In this document: in pieces, positions 19,074 to 30,648 of the stretch
Layout of the letters: every line of letters starts with the position of its first letter
Position numbering within the stretch: the first letter of the stretch is position 1
Source: the human T2T-CHM13v2.0 reference genome, Homo sapiens
DNA: 64,000 bases
Direction: 5' to 3' (one strand)
NCBI RefSeq assembly: GCF_009914755.1
Contig: NC_060937.1
Notes under the pieces: model-generated
Told to the model about the DNA's origin: nothing
What the model saw: only the letters and a program-made list of their open reading frames with translations
The model's database searches: none
Translations under genes and position numbers: made by a program

Positions 19074-20269
19074 TCAGATATTCCTACTTCTATTTTCCTT
19101 GTCAACAAACGCACACATGCCTTGGTGGTAGAAATGGTTCTTTACAGTTTACTTATAGTCAGTGAACTGAGTAATGTCTACATTTTTTTAAATAATTATA
19201 TTCCCTGAGTTCCCTAATCGGTCACTTTTCTTAAAGGAATAACTCTTCCTATATTCTTTCCTTAATATCCTTCCGCTTTGTATATAATCTAGTTAGAATA
19301 CCACATGCTAAACTAATAAAAAATTGCTTCTACAAAATTGTGTTTAATAACTACTTGTTAATTAGAGGAACTGAAACAACTACATTTTAGTATTACCAAG
19401 TTCAGGAAACTTTGCAAATACTTGTTTAAGAATTAAGATGAGATGATAACTTTAAAATGTCTGGACACATTATCTTTAACATACTCCTTCTATAATAAGA
19501 GAATTTGCAAATTCTTGTTTTACTGAAGTAAAAATATCTTCTCAAATAAAGTACTATGGAAAAATTTAAACATATATTTTCTATGTTATGAAATAAAAGG
19601 AAATCATTTTATGCTAATTATAGAGGTTTGCACAATATTATCAATTGAGATATTAGATAAATATATGCAATAAGAAAAACAGTCTGAAGATTTACCCATT
19701 GAGTATCCTGAGACTGGAGTGATAATGCATAAGATGTAAGAGGCCACTATACAAGAAAACAGCAATATATTATGATAAGAATGTTACAATAATACTATGC
19801 ATGGAGTGCTTATCATGTGTTACAATATAGAAGGTAAGTGATATTTTCCTTAGTTTAAATTGATGCTCTCTATAATAATGCAACAAATTTAAAATCAACC
19901 CAGCCACAAAAGGAGGAAATGACATTGAAACTGAAGAGGATAGGATTAAAAGCTGTTGCCTTGTCTTGTGCCCATGTTACTGTTCATGATAATGTGTGGT
20001 TCTGCATTCATGCATTTATTTTGTATTCCATTTTTCATCCCCACAATTTCAGCTCAAAACATAGAATTTGACACTATTTTAATATCAGTATGATTTCTTT
20101 CCCTATGATGTTTTTCAAAATAACAATGGAATTGGTGTTATTCAAATATACTATTACTTATATTGTATTATAGTAAAATGTCATGCAATTATTGATGAAT
20201 CAGTGACATGATTTGTATGTAAGAGTTGTAGTTCTAGTTTTATGAGAACTATTAGTTTTAGTTTTATGC

Positions 20270-20438
20270 ACAATACCTGATTTAATTCTTGCAATAACAC
20301 TATAAGGTAAGCACTGTTTTTATCCTCAATTTTTAGCGCCAACAATTGTGAAGAACAGAGAATTTCAAGAACTTGACCAAGATCACACAGCCACTGTGGA
20401 ACAAAAATTTAAACCTAGGCAATCTGAGTCCAAACCCC
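20270..20438 (-). mobile_element. MIR fragment, followed by a T22 tract
   Basis: aacttgaccaagatcacacagc...atttaaacctaggcaatctgagtccaaa. Confidence 0.7.
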
Positions 20439-22149
20439 ATTTTTTTTTTTTTTTTTTTTTTGGTCTGACAAAGAAAAACTCAGTAGTGCAGATACTGTGT
20501 TTGTAGGAGTTATTGGCAAGGCATCTTTCTTTTGAGACCTGATACTTGGAAACAGTTTCTAAGTGTTAGGCAATCATCACAACAGAATACATAGGTGGTG
20601 AGGGCAAGAGTAACCTAGAAGTCAGCAGGAAGGACAGTAATGGAGGTGATGCTTACCTAGTGGGAAGAGAGGTGCAACAAAAGCATAAGGAAGATGGCTG
20701 CCAAGACAGTGAACTTCATTTTCACACTCTTCTGACCTTGGGAAATGGCCAGGCCATTTGATTAGGAAGAAAGAAAACAATCATTGCCATCCTTAATCAT
20801 ATGGTGATCTGACAAGGGAAGCTGTGAAATGTGATTTCTGAATCAGCATGTAATTGGTTTTGTAGACAATATGAAAAGACTTACAGTGGTATAAACTCTA
20901 TTAGAATGGCCAAACTATATATAGCCCATGTCACATTCTGCTCAAAAGGCACATTACATATTATTTTTCTACCTTAAAGTCTTTTAAGTATGATTATTGT
21001 TTTTCTGCATCAGAAGTTGTGGTATCTAACAAAAAAATTAACACACCTTATTATTTACTTATTAAATTTTGTTAAGCTTTCTTTAATCTAATGTGAGACT
21101 CAAATAATATATCCCTCTATGAATGAAGATCAAAGAAAGTCTTGCTGGAATTTAAAAGTATCCATATGCCACAAGGATATAAGAATAATACCTCGTGTTG
21201 GTATTTGCAAAAATAAAATGATTTTTTAAATTTATGTTTGAGCTTGTTTGCAAAAGTTTCATGAATTTCAAATCTATTTAAGTTTCTATGGGGACTTGCT
21301 TGTAGTAGTTTCAAACTTAATAGAATTCAGATTAAATATTTTGAGTTCACTTATCTAAATTTTTTGCATTAGTAAATTAGTAAATTATATAAATATATCA
21401 AAGTAACAAAGGTTTCCAAAGTAACCATATGTCACGGTAAATGCACTTCTTATTATGATCTTTTCTCATGATAAACCAGTATGAGTGTGCTAAAAATTTT
21501 AAAGTGAAATGCAAATTGAGGTTAAAATACTTGAATCTATTGAGCTTTTTGTTCTGAGACTCTTGAGTCTATTACATTTTTTGCTCTGAGACTGTGTGAT
21601 GCCCCAATCAAGTATTTCTATCAGATTAAAAAAATATTTTATATATAGCAGCAAACTTTCCAGAAGAAAATGAACTATCAAATAGATGGACTTATGTATG
21701 TAATCTGTATTTTAATTATCTTTTTATTTGGGCTCTTGCAGAATAACAGAAAATCTGAAAGTAGCATAGGTCATAACCACATAAATAGAGCATATAGATA
21801 TTATTATAATCTTTATGAATACACCTTTAACAGAAAAATATTGACATATTCTGATGCTATAGATGGCACTTAAGAAGTATAGAAAAATATGACTCTTATA
21901 ATAAAATAAAATGATCAAAAATATTTTGTTTCCTGATGTGACTAAACCTGTATATAAATAGAGCATTTAGGACACCAATAGAACTATATTGAATTTCTGC
22001 TATAGGAAACTGAATTGTCAAAGAAGTTTTTTTTTTTAATCTCACATAAAAACAATGCCCCAATATTGAACAAGCCAAGATTGACACTGTTCTTTACCTT
22101 AATGATATCATCAATGTATTTGCACTGTTTATCTTTTTAGTCTACCTAC

Positions 22150-22430
22150 CTTCACATGGATTTTACAGTCTCATGTCCACAAAATGGGCTGAAAACTCCA
22201 GCATTGCAACCACACTCTAAGCAAGAAGAGTAGAACAGACAAATGAAAGTAAAGGAGGTTACAAAAAAAAAAAAAAAGCAAAATGAGTACACGAGCTAAT
22301 TATTTAACCTTGTCAGGAGAACAATCAGGTTGTCTGAAAATCCCACCAGTAGACTTCCACTTACATCTCATTTGTTGCAAGTATGTTAGATTTCTATCCA
22401 TTACTTCATGGGAGGCTGGGAAAGTAACCA
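22150..22430 (-). mobile_element. Old MaLR LTR fragment (MLT1K/L-like)
   Basis: cacaaaatgggctg...ctccagc...cagtagacttccacttacatctcatt...gggaggctgggaaagt. Confidence 0.45.
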
Positions 22431-23427
22431 TTACTCTGGACACTGGACCGTTTGCTTCCCCAAAGAAACTTGGGAATATAATAATAAGGTATAAGAGACT
22501 GATCAGTTTTACAAAGGCAGCTAGCTGGGTTTGACACAAAATATCTCACAGATGTAAGAAAAAAATATAAACAGAATGAGATAACAACAAATGAAGTCCT
22601 AAATGCTTATATGTGATTAAGATTTGTATATCTTCTTAGTCAATTTATCTCTTTATGTTGATCTCATACTGTTTTAACAGATCTTTTCTTCTTAATTTTC
22701 AAAGAGGTTAATACTGACTCAGGTGAAGACTTTTGTTCCAGAGGCAACATAGGAAACCACCTACTCCATTTAAAATGTTTTTCATAAAGTATATTAGTTA
22801 TTCAATTTTATATTTTTGAATACAAGACAGAAAGCTGCTTGAATTACGAGTAAATTTCTGAGATTTCTTTTTGCGTTTGCTCACAGTGAGAATGCAATTT
22901 TGAAACATGTTGCAATTTTAGTTACTTAGCTTAATGGAAAATTGGTTTCTCATAGTCAAATTAGTTAAATTAAATTCTGGATTATATTGCATAAACTCAA
23001 TAGAACCATTGACATATTTCAGTCTGTCTCTAAAATTTCATGATTAATTATTATCTCATAAATAAACTAACACTTCAATCACGTACTCAACCACTATATA
23101 CTTCTCTTGGGGACATTGTGGCACTCTACAAGAAAACTCAGTAAGGTATTTCTCCATGACTTTGAAGGAAGATTTTTTAAAATTAAAATTTGACACCAAT
23201 ATAGAATATTATTAAAGCTCATATTCATTCACCTGAAAAATAGGAATAATACTATTCTACCTACTGAATTGTGGTGGGACATATAATAAGAAAAATATTT
23301 TGAAAATGTTAAGTTTTAAAGAAAAACAATAAAGACAAGGGTAAGAACAGACAGAAATGTAAACATGGGAGAGTAGTAGACAAAGAAAAGAAGAAAATTG
23401 TTTCAGGAGATGCAATTTTTTCTCAAT

Positions 23428-23870
23428 TTTAAAAAGTTTTATTTGACAGATAATTGTATACATTTATGGAGTACAGTGTGATGTTGTCATATTTGTATAC
23501 AATGTGAAATGACGAAATCAAGCTTACTAACATATCCATCGCCTCACATACATAACATAATTTGTAGTGAGATATTTAACATTTACTCTCTTAGCACTTT
23601 TGAAACTTATAATACATTATCATTAACTATGGTCACCATGCTATGCAAGAGATCTCAAAAAATTATTCCTCCTGTATAACTGAAACTTTACACTCATCTC
23701 CCCATTTCTTCTCTCACCTTCCCTCACCCCTGGTAACCAGCATTTTACTCTCTACTTCTATAAATTTGACTTTTAAGTAAGTCACATTTTGCAGTATTTG
23801 TCTTTCTGTACTAGAAGCATAATGACTTCTAGTTTCATCCACGTTGGTGCAAATAGGAAGATATGCTTCA
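23428..23870 (-). mobile_element. L1MA-type 3'UTR fragment
   Basis: ataattgtatacatttatggagtacagtgtgatg...catatccatcgcctcaca...ccctggtaaccagcattttactctctacttct. Confidence 0.85.
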
Positions 23871-23974
23871 ATGGTATTACTAATATTTAATCTTCAGATT
23901 TATAACTCATGAGATCTTAAAGGCTATCTTTTGTTTTCCTTTTGAATGGGAGCTCTCCATCTTGCAAACAACAA

Positions 23975-24266
23975 ATTCAAGGTCTTGCCGTATTGTCCAG
24001 GCTGGAGTGCAGTGGCATGATCACAGGGCACTGTCACTTTGAACTCGCGGGCTCACGCAATCCTCCCACTTCAGCATTCTTAGTATCTAGGACTACATGT
24101 ATGAACCGCCATGCCAGGCTACTTTTTTATTATTCATTGTAGCGACAGGGTCTTGCTACTTTACCCAGGCTGATCTTGAACTCTTAGGCTCAAGTGATCC
24201 TCCTGCTTTGGCCTCCAGAAGTGCTGGGATTACAGGCATGAGTAACAGCATCTACAGCACCTGGCT
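23975..24266 (-). mobile_element. AluJ-like (tail missing or degenerate)
   Basis: caggctggagtgcagtggcatgatcaca...gggctcacgcaatcctcccac...ggctcaagtgatcctcc. Confidence 0.85.
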
Positions 24267-24269
24267 TAC

Positions 24270-24581
24270 TTTTTTTTTTTTTTTTTTTTTTTTTTGAGAC
24301 AGGGTCTCATTCCCTCTCTCAGGCTGGAGTGCAGTGGCATACTCATGACTTACTGCCGCCTCAACTTCTCGGGGCTCAGGTGACTCTCCCAACTCAGCCT
24401 CCCCAGTAGCTGGGACCACAGGCCTGTGCCACCACACCTGCTAATTTGCTTTTTTTTTTTTTTTGGTAGAGACAAGGTTTTACCATGTTGCCCAGACTGA
24501 TCTCAAACTCCTGGGCTCAAGCAATTCGCCTGTCTCAGCCTCCCAACATGAGATTACAGGTGTGTGCCACCATGCACAGCA
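24270..24581 (-). mobile_element. AluJ-like, directly abutting the previous Alu
   Basis: T26 then gagacagggtctc...ggctcaggtga...ctcctgggctcaagcaat. Confidence 0.88.
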
Positions 24582-24760
24582 CTTGCCTACATTTTTAATG
24601 TGTACCTTTAAGCTTTTAAACACTGACACTTTCACAAAAAGCAGGGAAGCATTCATATTTTAATGAGATTTTAAAATATTTATGTGAATTTAATACCTTA
24701 TGAGTTATGCCACATTTTTGCATGTTTTGTATAACTTGCTTTTATGAAGTTCTCATTTAT

Positions 24761-24973
24761 TTATTCCACATCACAGTTGCTACAGCAACCGATTACTGTA
24801 ACATTTATTTTTATGGCTTTTTTGATAAGACTATCTTCAAATTACAGCATGTCTAGAACTTGTTGGATCATAATTTAACTTTCACTGTGAAGAGACAACA
24901 TATTAGTCCTATCTTGGCAGATTTATATTGGCTTCCTGTTTCAACTAGAATTATCTCCAAGCTATTAATTCTG
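24761..24973 (+). mobile_element. Ancient L2-clade LINE ORF2 C-terminal relic (one stop, no frameshift)
   Basis: In-frame translation LFHITVATATDYCNIYFYGFFDKTIFKLQHV*NLLDHNLTFTVKRQHISPILADLYWLPVSTRIISKLLIL parallels the L2-clade motif DYCN...LQ.VQN...HITP.L..LHWLPV..RI..K.LLL. Confidence 0.75.
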
Positions 24974-25261
24974 GAGGATTTTGTTTTTCTTTTGGTGATT
25001 AAATGGACTAGAATCACCATATCTTTCAGGGTGTCCAGAGAAAAATACCATTTCTGCAACCTTGTTCTTCTGATCAATGCTTTTGTGAATTATGTCACTT
25101 TCAGCTAGAAAATGTATGCCTCAAAGGCTTTCGTTATTGTTCTTGTTGTTACTTTTTCTGTTGACTTCAAGGGTGTCGTCTTCATTACCAAAAGTAAGAA
25201 TTATTGGTCATTTAGAATATTTTAAAAGTTTTTCCACTACTTTGAGATATACTTGCTTTAC

Positions 25262-25492
25262 ATATAGATAGATAGATAGATAGATAGTTGAATGATTATT
25301 TTGGTTTAGATGGGTTTAGTTACATACATATAACTCTCCCTCTCTCTCTTTCTATATATATATGTATATACACACGTACGCATAACTCTCTCTGTCGCTC
25401 TCTGTATATATGTGTATATATATATATATAAAATATCTCTGTCTAGATATCTACTTAATATCTCTATATATGGAGAGAAAGCTGTATCTATG

Positions 25493-25544
<52 letters not shown>
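25262..25544. repeat. Compound microsatellite cluster: (GATA)n, (CT)n, (TA)n, with pure (AT)25 at 25495-25544
   Basis: Read directly from the sequence. Confidence 0.95.
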
Positions 25545-25546
<2 letters not shown>

Positions 25547-25549
25547 TAA

Positions 25550-25879
<330 letters not shown>

Positions 25880-26507
25880 CACATTTTTCTACTTTGGCTA
25901 TTTCACAGTATTTATTAGCCTCACTTACCTTCCTTTGAACCTATTTGAATATATATTTTAAAAACATGATAGAAAAGTATGACTCTATGATAGATTAATG
26001 ATTTACTCCAAACTACAAACAATTCTGGATAACCCTTGCGTGATGTGAAACTCAGAACAGTCTTTTACTTTCATTCCACTCCTTTTTTTAGGATTTACCT
26101 TCTTACATTGAATAATGAGAAAGAACAAGAAAGTAGTTGTCAAAGGAAGATAGCAAGCTAAAAAAAAAAAAAAAAGGGGGGGGTGGGAACATGACTTACA
26201 AAGAAGATTATCAGGAGAGTCCAGACTTCAGTACTGGCTGGATAAAAAAAAAAAAAAAATACTGAGTTTACTGCCAATTTGTAATTTATTTGTCAATTCA
26301 CAGTGGAAATTTATTTGTCAGTTCACAGTGGAAAAATTCGTAATTTTCTTCTATTATTATGATATTTGTAAAGGTTGTAACACATCCACAAACATCAGCG
26401 CTGCAAATGCGTTTAATATTTTGTTAGCAAATTTGTTTAAGGTTCTACTAGTTTGAATACCAGTCCTATACAGTTTGGCAACATATTTGTTATTAACTAT
26501 TTTTCAG

Positions 26508-26650
26508 TTATTTTTAATTGACATAAAATTGTATGTACTTATTATGTACAACATGATGTTTTGAAGTATATATGCATTGTGGAATGACGGACTCTGGATA
26601 ATTAACATGCGCATTATCTCACAGAGTTATTATTTTTGTTGTGAGAAGAC
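26508..26650 (-). mobile_element. L1MA 3' terminal fragment
   Basis: ttaattgacataaaattgtatg...gtacaacatgatgttttgaagtatatatgcattgtggaatg. Confidence 0.75.
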
Positions 26651-27499
26651 TGGATGTTATTGTTAATTAATATGAATTAGTAAAGTGTTGCTTTTTTCCT
26701 TCCTAGCTAGGAGATGTATTATATATGCTTATTCAAAATGGAGAGAGAGCTAGGTGTTGGTTTTGTGTCATCATTTGTCATTCTGTCACCTTCTCCGTAT
26801 TTTTTTTTTTACTGCTGTCCCCACTTTGACCTGGATAGCAGCTCACTTACTCTGTGGCTATTCATCTTCTCAATTTATTGGACAAAGTGCCTTTGAGAAA
26901 ATGCTGATCCTTCTCAATGGATGTTAAGGGGGAAATTAATGTTGGGTAGGGTATATATTCCTTTGCTATTCCCTCTCATTATTTCCCATCATCCACAAAG
27001 AAAGACTACATGTTTCAGATTTACTGAAGTTTGAGGAAAATATAAAAATACATTATAAATAGTAAAAATTCTATTATATGTTAGATACCACTTCTTTTAT
27101 AAAAATAAATAGATTACATCTTCAAAGTCAAACTATCAGTCTCATAAATGCCTCCTTTACAAACTTAGCATTTTTTCTTCAAGTTTGACTGAGGAGTGTA
27201 CAAAATCACCTCCTTCTTCTAATCTCATCTGGCCCCACCAACAGAGACCACTTTTCTCTCAACTTGCCTACTCGTTTTGATTTTCCACCCCATAGTACAT
27301 TTCCCTTAGGTATTTGTTGTAGAATTTTCCACAGGGGCTTACAGAAGGATTCTCAAAGGTTGATAAAACAGTTATAGATTGGTGCATACTAGTTATGCCC
27401 ACCAGTTAAACATTTAGATTAGTATTCAGGTCAGTTTATTCTTCTAATAGTCCTGAGGGTAATTAGTATAAAATATACCCATACGAAAATAAAGCCAAA

Positions 27500-27575
27500 T
27501 ACACACACCAACCCCAGTCCCAACATACATACACACATGAAACACACACACACAAACACACACACACACACACAC
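27500..27575. repeat. Interrupted (CA)n microsatellite
   Basis: Read directly from the sequence. Confidence 0.9.
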
Positions 27576-28879
27576 CAGTCTCGAAGAAATATTTTTTAAT
27601 ATAGTAGAGTTCTCAAGTAGGATTTAACATTCAATTGCAGGGACCCCTAACATAATGGAATTACGTCCTGTCATGGATAAATAGTCTTTGTCAAAAGTCC
27701 CTCCAATATAAAGAAGGAATGTAACCTACCAATGTTTTACCAATCAGACCCACAGGCATTTTAGATAATGTGGGAGCTATTTAAGAAAAAGGACTCTTCA
27801 TAAGTCATTTATGTAATGAAAAGAGATGTTTTAGAGAAGCCTGGCAACCAAAAGCATCAATAGAAATTTTACATGATCAAGTGTACTGGTAGATGTAGAG
27901 GTTTTATTACAATCACATTATTGTATTGCAGGTAGTAATGACAGTGTTGTCTTTCAAATCAATTTGTGGAGTGATTCTGATTGTCTTTATCAAAATTTTC
28001 TATGAGCCCTTTTCTCTAGCTCTATTAATGATTCTATAAGCTTTCTAATATATATTAATCAATACATTTTTCCATGTAGCAAATCAGAATAGCCTGCTTT
28101 GACTGCAAGTTAGAATCTTAATTGACACTATAAACAGTAAATACAATTACTTTATGAAACAGATCATCATAAAAATGAGAATAGGTATTGGTAAACTAAG
28201 CTGGTTGAGCTTAAAAATAATTTATATGAATATATGTAACCATGGTGTTCCATGAAATCTTCTACAATGACCACCTGCACTTATTGAAAGTGAAGTCCAT
28301 CTTGAAGCTAAAACCTTAGTTACTAAATAGCTGTTGTCATGGAACATTGTGAACCACAAGATAAATATAAGAACCGTGGGTTGAGTGGTGCTTGTGATTG
28401 CACTGAGAGCTTGAAAAAAGTACATTAGATGCCAAAAGTTTTAAATTCTCAGTTCAAGGAAAATCAACATTTAAATAAGTGTCCCAAATGAATCACTTTT
28501 GTCTAATTATCATGGAGTTAAGGTAGTGAAAAAAATTATAATCTGACCATGTACATTATTAAATTATTATACTAATCAAATTTACCAATTTACCAGTTCT
28601 TTTATATGAAAAATAGAACAATGATCATAAACCAATAAGGAATGGGAATTAAAATAGGGACTCTGGAGGGGATATGGGATACTCAGAGCATCCCAGTTTC
28701 CAAACCAAATTGAGCTGTCCTTAATAGCCAAAGGAGCCTTTTCATTCCTGTTGAGGCAGAGGCCTCTATCTTCTTTGGGGACTTGGAAGAATATTGCCCA
28801 AGGCAATGACTTTTCAAGGGGAAGCTAATAGCCCTCATTTTGTAACAATGAAACAAGGAAAGGACTAGCCTAACTCCAT

Positions 28880-29975
28880 TTCTATTCAAAGGGCCTTTGC
28901 TCGTCCCTGCTAGTAGGTTAGGATAATTTTAGACTACTGAGATAACAGGCAGTAATGGCAATCATGTAGTTTTTAAAAAATAACTCTGGAATTAAAGGAG
29001 ACGTATGAAAACAACTAACTATCTTTTATTAAAGATTTAGAGGTGAATTGTGACCTGACTAAGGGCAAAGAAGTTCCCAGTTTCCTCAGACCCTCCCTGT
29101 CACCCAGATATCTGTAGTCATCAGTTGCCTCTTGATGTCAACCCCTGCCTCTTCTCTCTGTCCTTAATGTAGAAAGAGCCTAAAATTTGTACTGACTTAA
29201 GATCGTACTTCTGAATTTTAGTTCATGATCTTTTTGATTTTGCTGGTTTTTCTGGGTAAACCTGCTTTTCCTCCCACTGATACAGGAGTTATTAAGAAAT
29301 AATTCTTTAGGCAGATAGTAAGAGTAAATGTTCTCGGTGGAAATTTTCCTGTAATAAGAAACAAACCTTAAACCATCTCTTTTCTAACAGAAAAGGCTGC
29401 TTGAAGGGCCAGGCTGGCAAGCTTTGATATGCAAATGCCAGCCATTAGAAACTGGGTTCACTCAATGTGGCAATTCCTGCTGTCCTTTCCTTCTTACTAG
29501 GTGTACCAGGTGTCATGGCCACCTCCAGATAACACCATGTGTTTGAAACATCATGGTGACCTGCGTTTGCATATGAAAGGACTAAGGTGGGAGGGCCACA
29601 TTTTTCACGGGCTACGTAAATGACACACTTGGTCAAACCAATCCCCTGAGCCCTATGCAAAGCAGACACAGCCTCCTCCAGCATCCCAGTATAAGCAGCC
29701 ACTTTTCCGCCTCTGCACATGGGGTTTTCTCTTTGTTCGAGTCCCCCCTCCCTCTGTCTCTGTATGGGGGACCTGTTTTCTTCCTTCCTTCTTTCTTGCC
29801 TATTAAACTTTTTGCTCCTAAAAACCACTCCACGTGTGTCTGTGTCATTTTATCCAAACCGGCGTGAGACCAAGGACCCTGGTGTTCCTCCAATCATCGG
29901 AGCCATATCAATACCAACCCTTGTCTTTCAAGTGTGGTTTTTGAGCAGCAAATGGCTGAATCTGGTTTTGATTAC
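28880..29975 (+). mobile_element. Old ERV1-type LTR interrupted by a younger LTR
   Basis: taaacctgcttttcctcccac | caacccttgtctttc...ttgagcagcaaatggctgaatctggttttgattaca; start approximate. Confidence 0.55.
29278..29910 (+). mobile_element. ERV1 solo LTR (LTR27/LTR36-like; family uncertain)
   Basis: TG...CA termini with inverted repeat tgata...tatca; ccaatc box, TATA-like gtataag, attaaa polyA signal. Confidence 0.8.
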
Positions 29976-30082
29976 AATTTCTCAGCTCTCTCAACTTTTT
30001 TTTAGTTCTAAACATCCAGAGAAGCCTAGTTGTGAAGTAAAGTTTAACATCTAAGTCCAATACTAAGTGATGCTTTAACATC

Positions 30083-30533
30083 TGTTGAAATCAGAAGGGT
30101 CTCAAATGGCGTAGCCACAACTTCCTCTCCTCCGCTCATGTGGGTAAAGTCTCCTAACCAAACAACTCTCCTTATCAACAGGACCAGGTGAAGTTCCTGC
30201 TTATCCCTGAGCACAGAAGATTTCAGTTTTCTGTCAGACCATAGATCAAATGAGGCAATCACATTTTTCCCAGGGAATGAAAAAGGACAAGCACCCTCTT
30301 GAAACTACAAAGCCTGCTTTCCACAGCTGCTGCTTATCCACTCTGTTTCAAGGACACCCCCATGTAACCCTGCATGACATGCTGTGCCCTTCTCCCTGGG
30401 ACTGTGAGTCTACGTGACTAAAACACTGCTGTCCATCTCATCTGTCCAATTGCAGGTCTCATGTGTTGAGTCATTCTCATACCCTGGAGTGGGAATCCCT
30501 TCCTCATGAACAAGAAGAGAAAAGGATTGAAAC
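30083..30533 (+). mobile_element. Solo LTR (MER54-like ERVL)
   Basis: tgttg...gttcctgcttatccctgag...tcatctgtcc...gggaatccct...aaaca. Confidence 0.55.
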
Positions 30534-30617
30534 ACTATTGAATAAGACTAAGCCAATAGGAGAAATACAACAAAAGAATTTGGTTATTTAAATAAAATAC
30601 ATGGAAATTTGTTTAAC

Positions 30618-30648
<31 letters not shown>

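Noticed and set aside
20440-20461. Isolated T22 tract as a retrocopy tail
   Set aside because: The adjacent sequence shows no ORF, known element or TSD that I can identify.
26160-26240. A-run/G-run/A-run cluster as a short retroposed RNA
   Set aside because: It has no recognisable RNA body or TSD; these are likely homopolymer expansions.
29445-30054. Overlapping 70-127 aa ORFs
   Set aside because: They lie within LTR sequence and are chance ORFs in locally higher GC.
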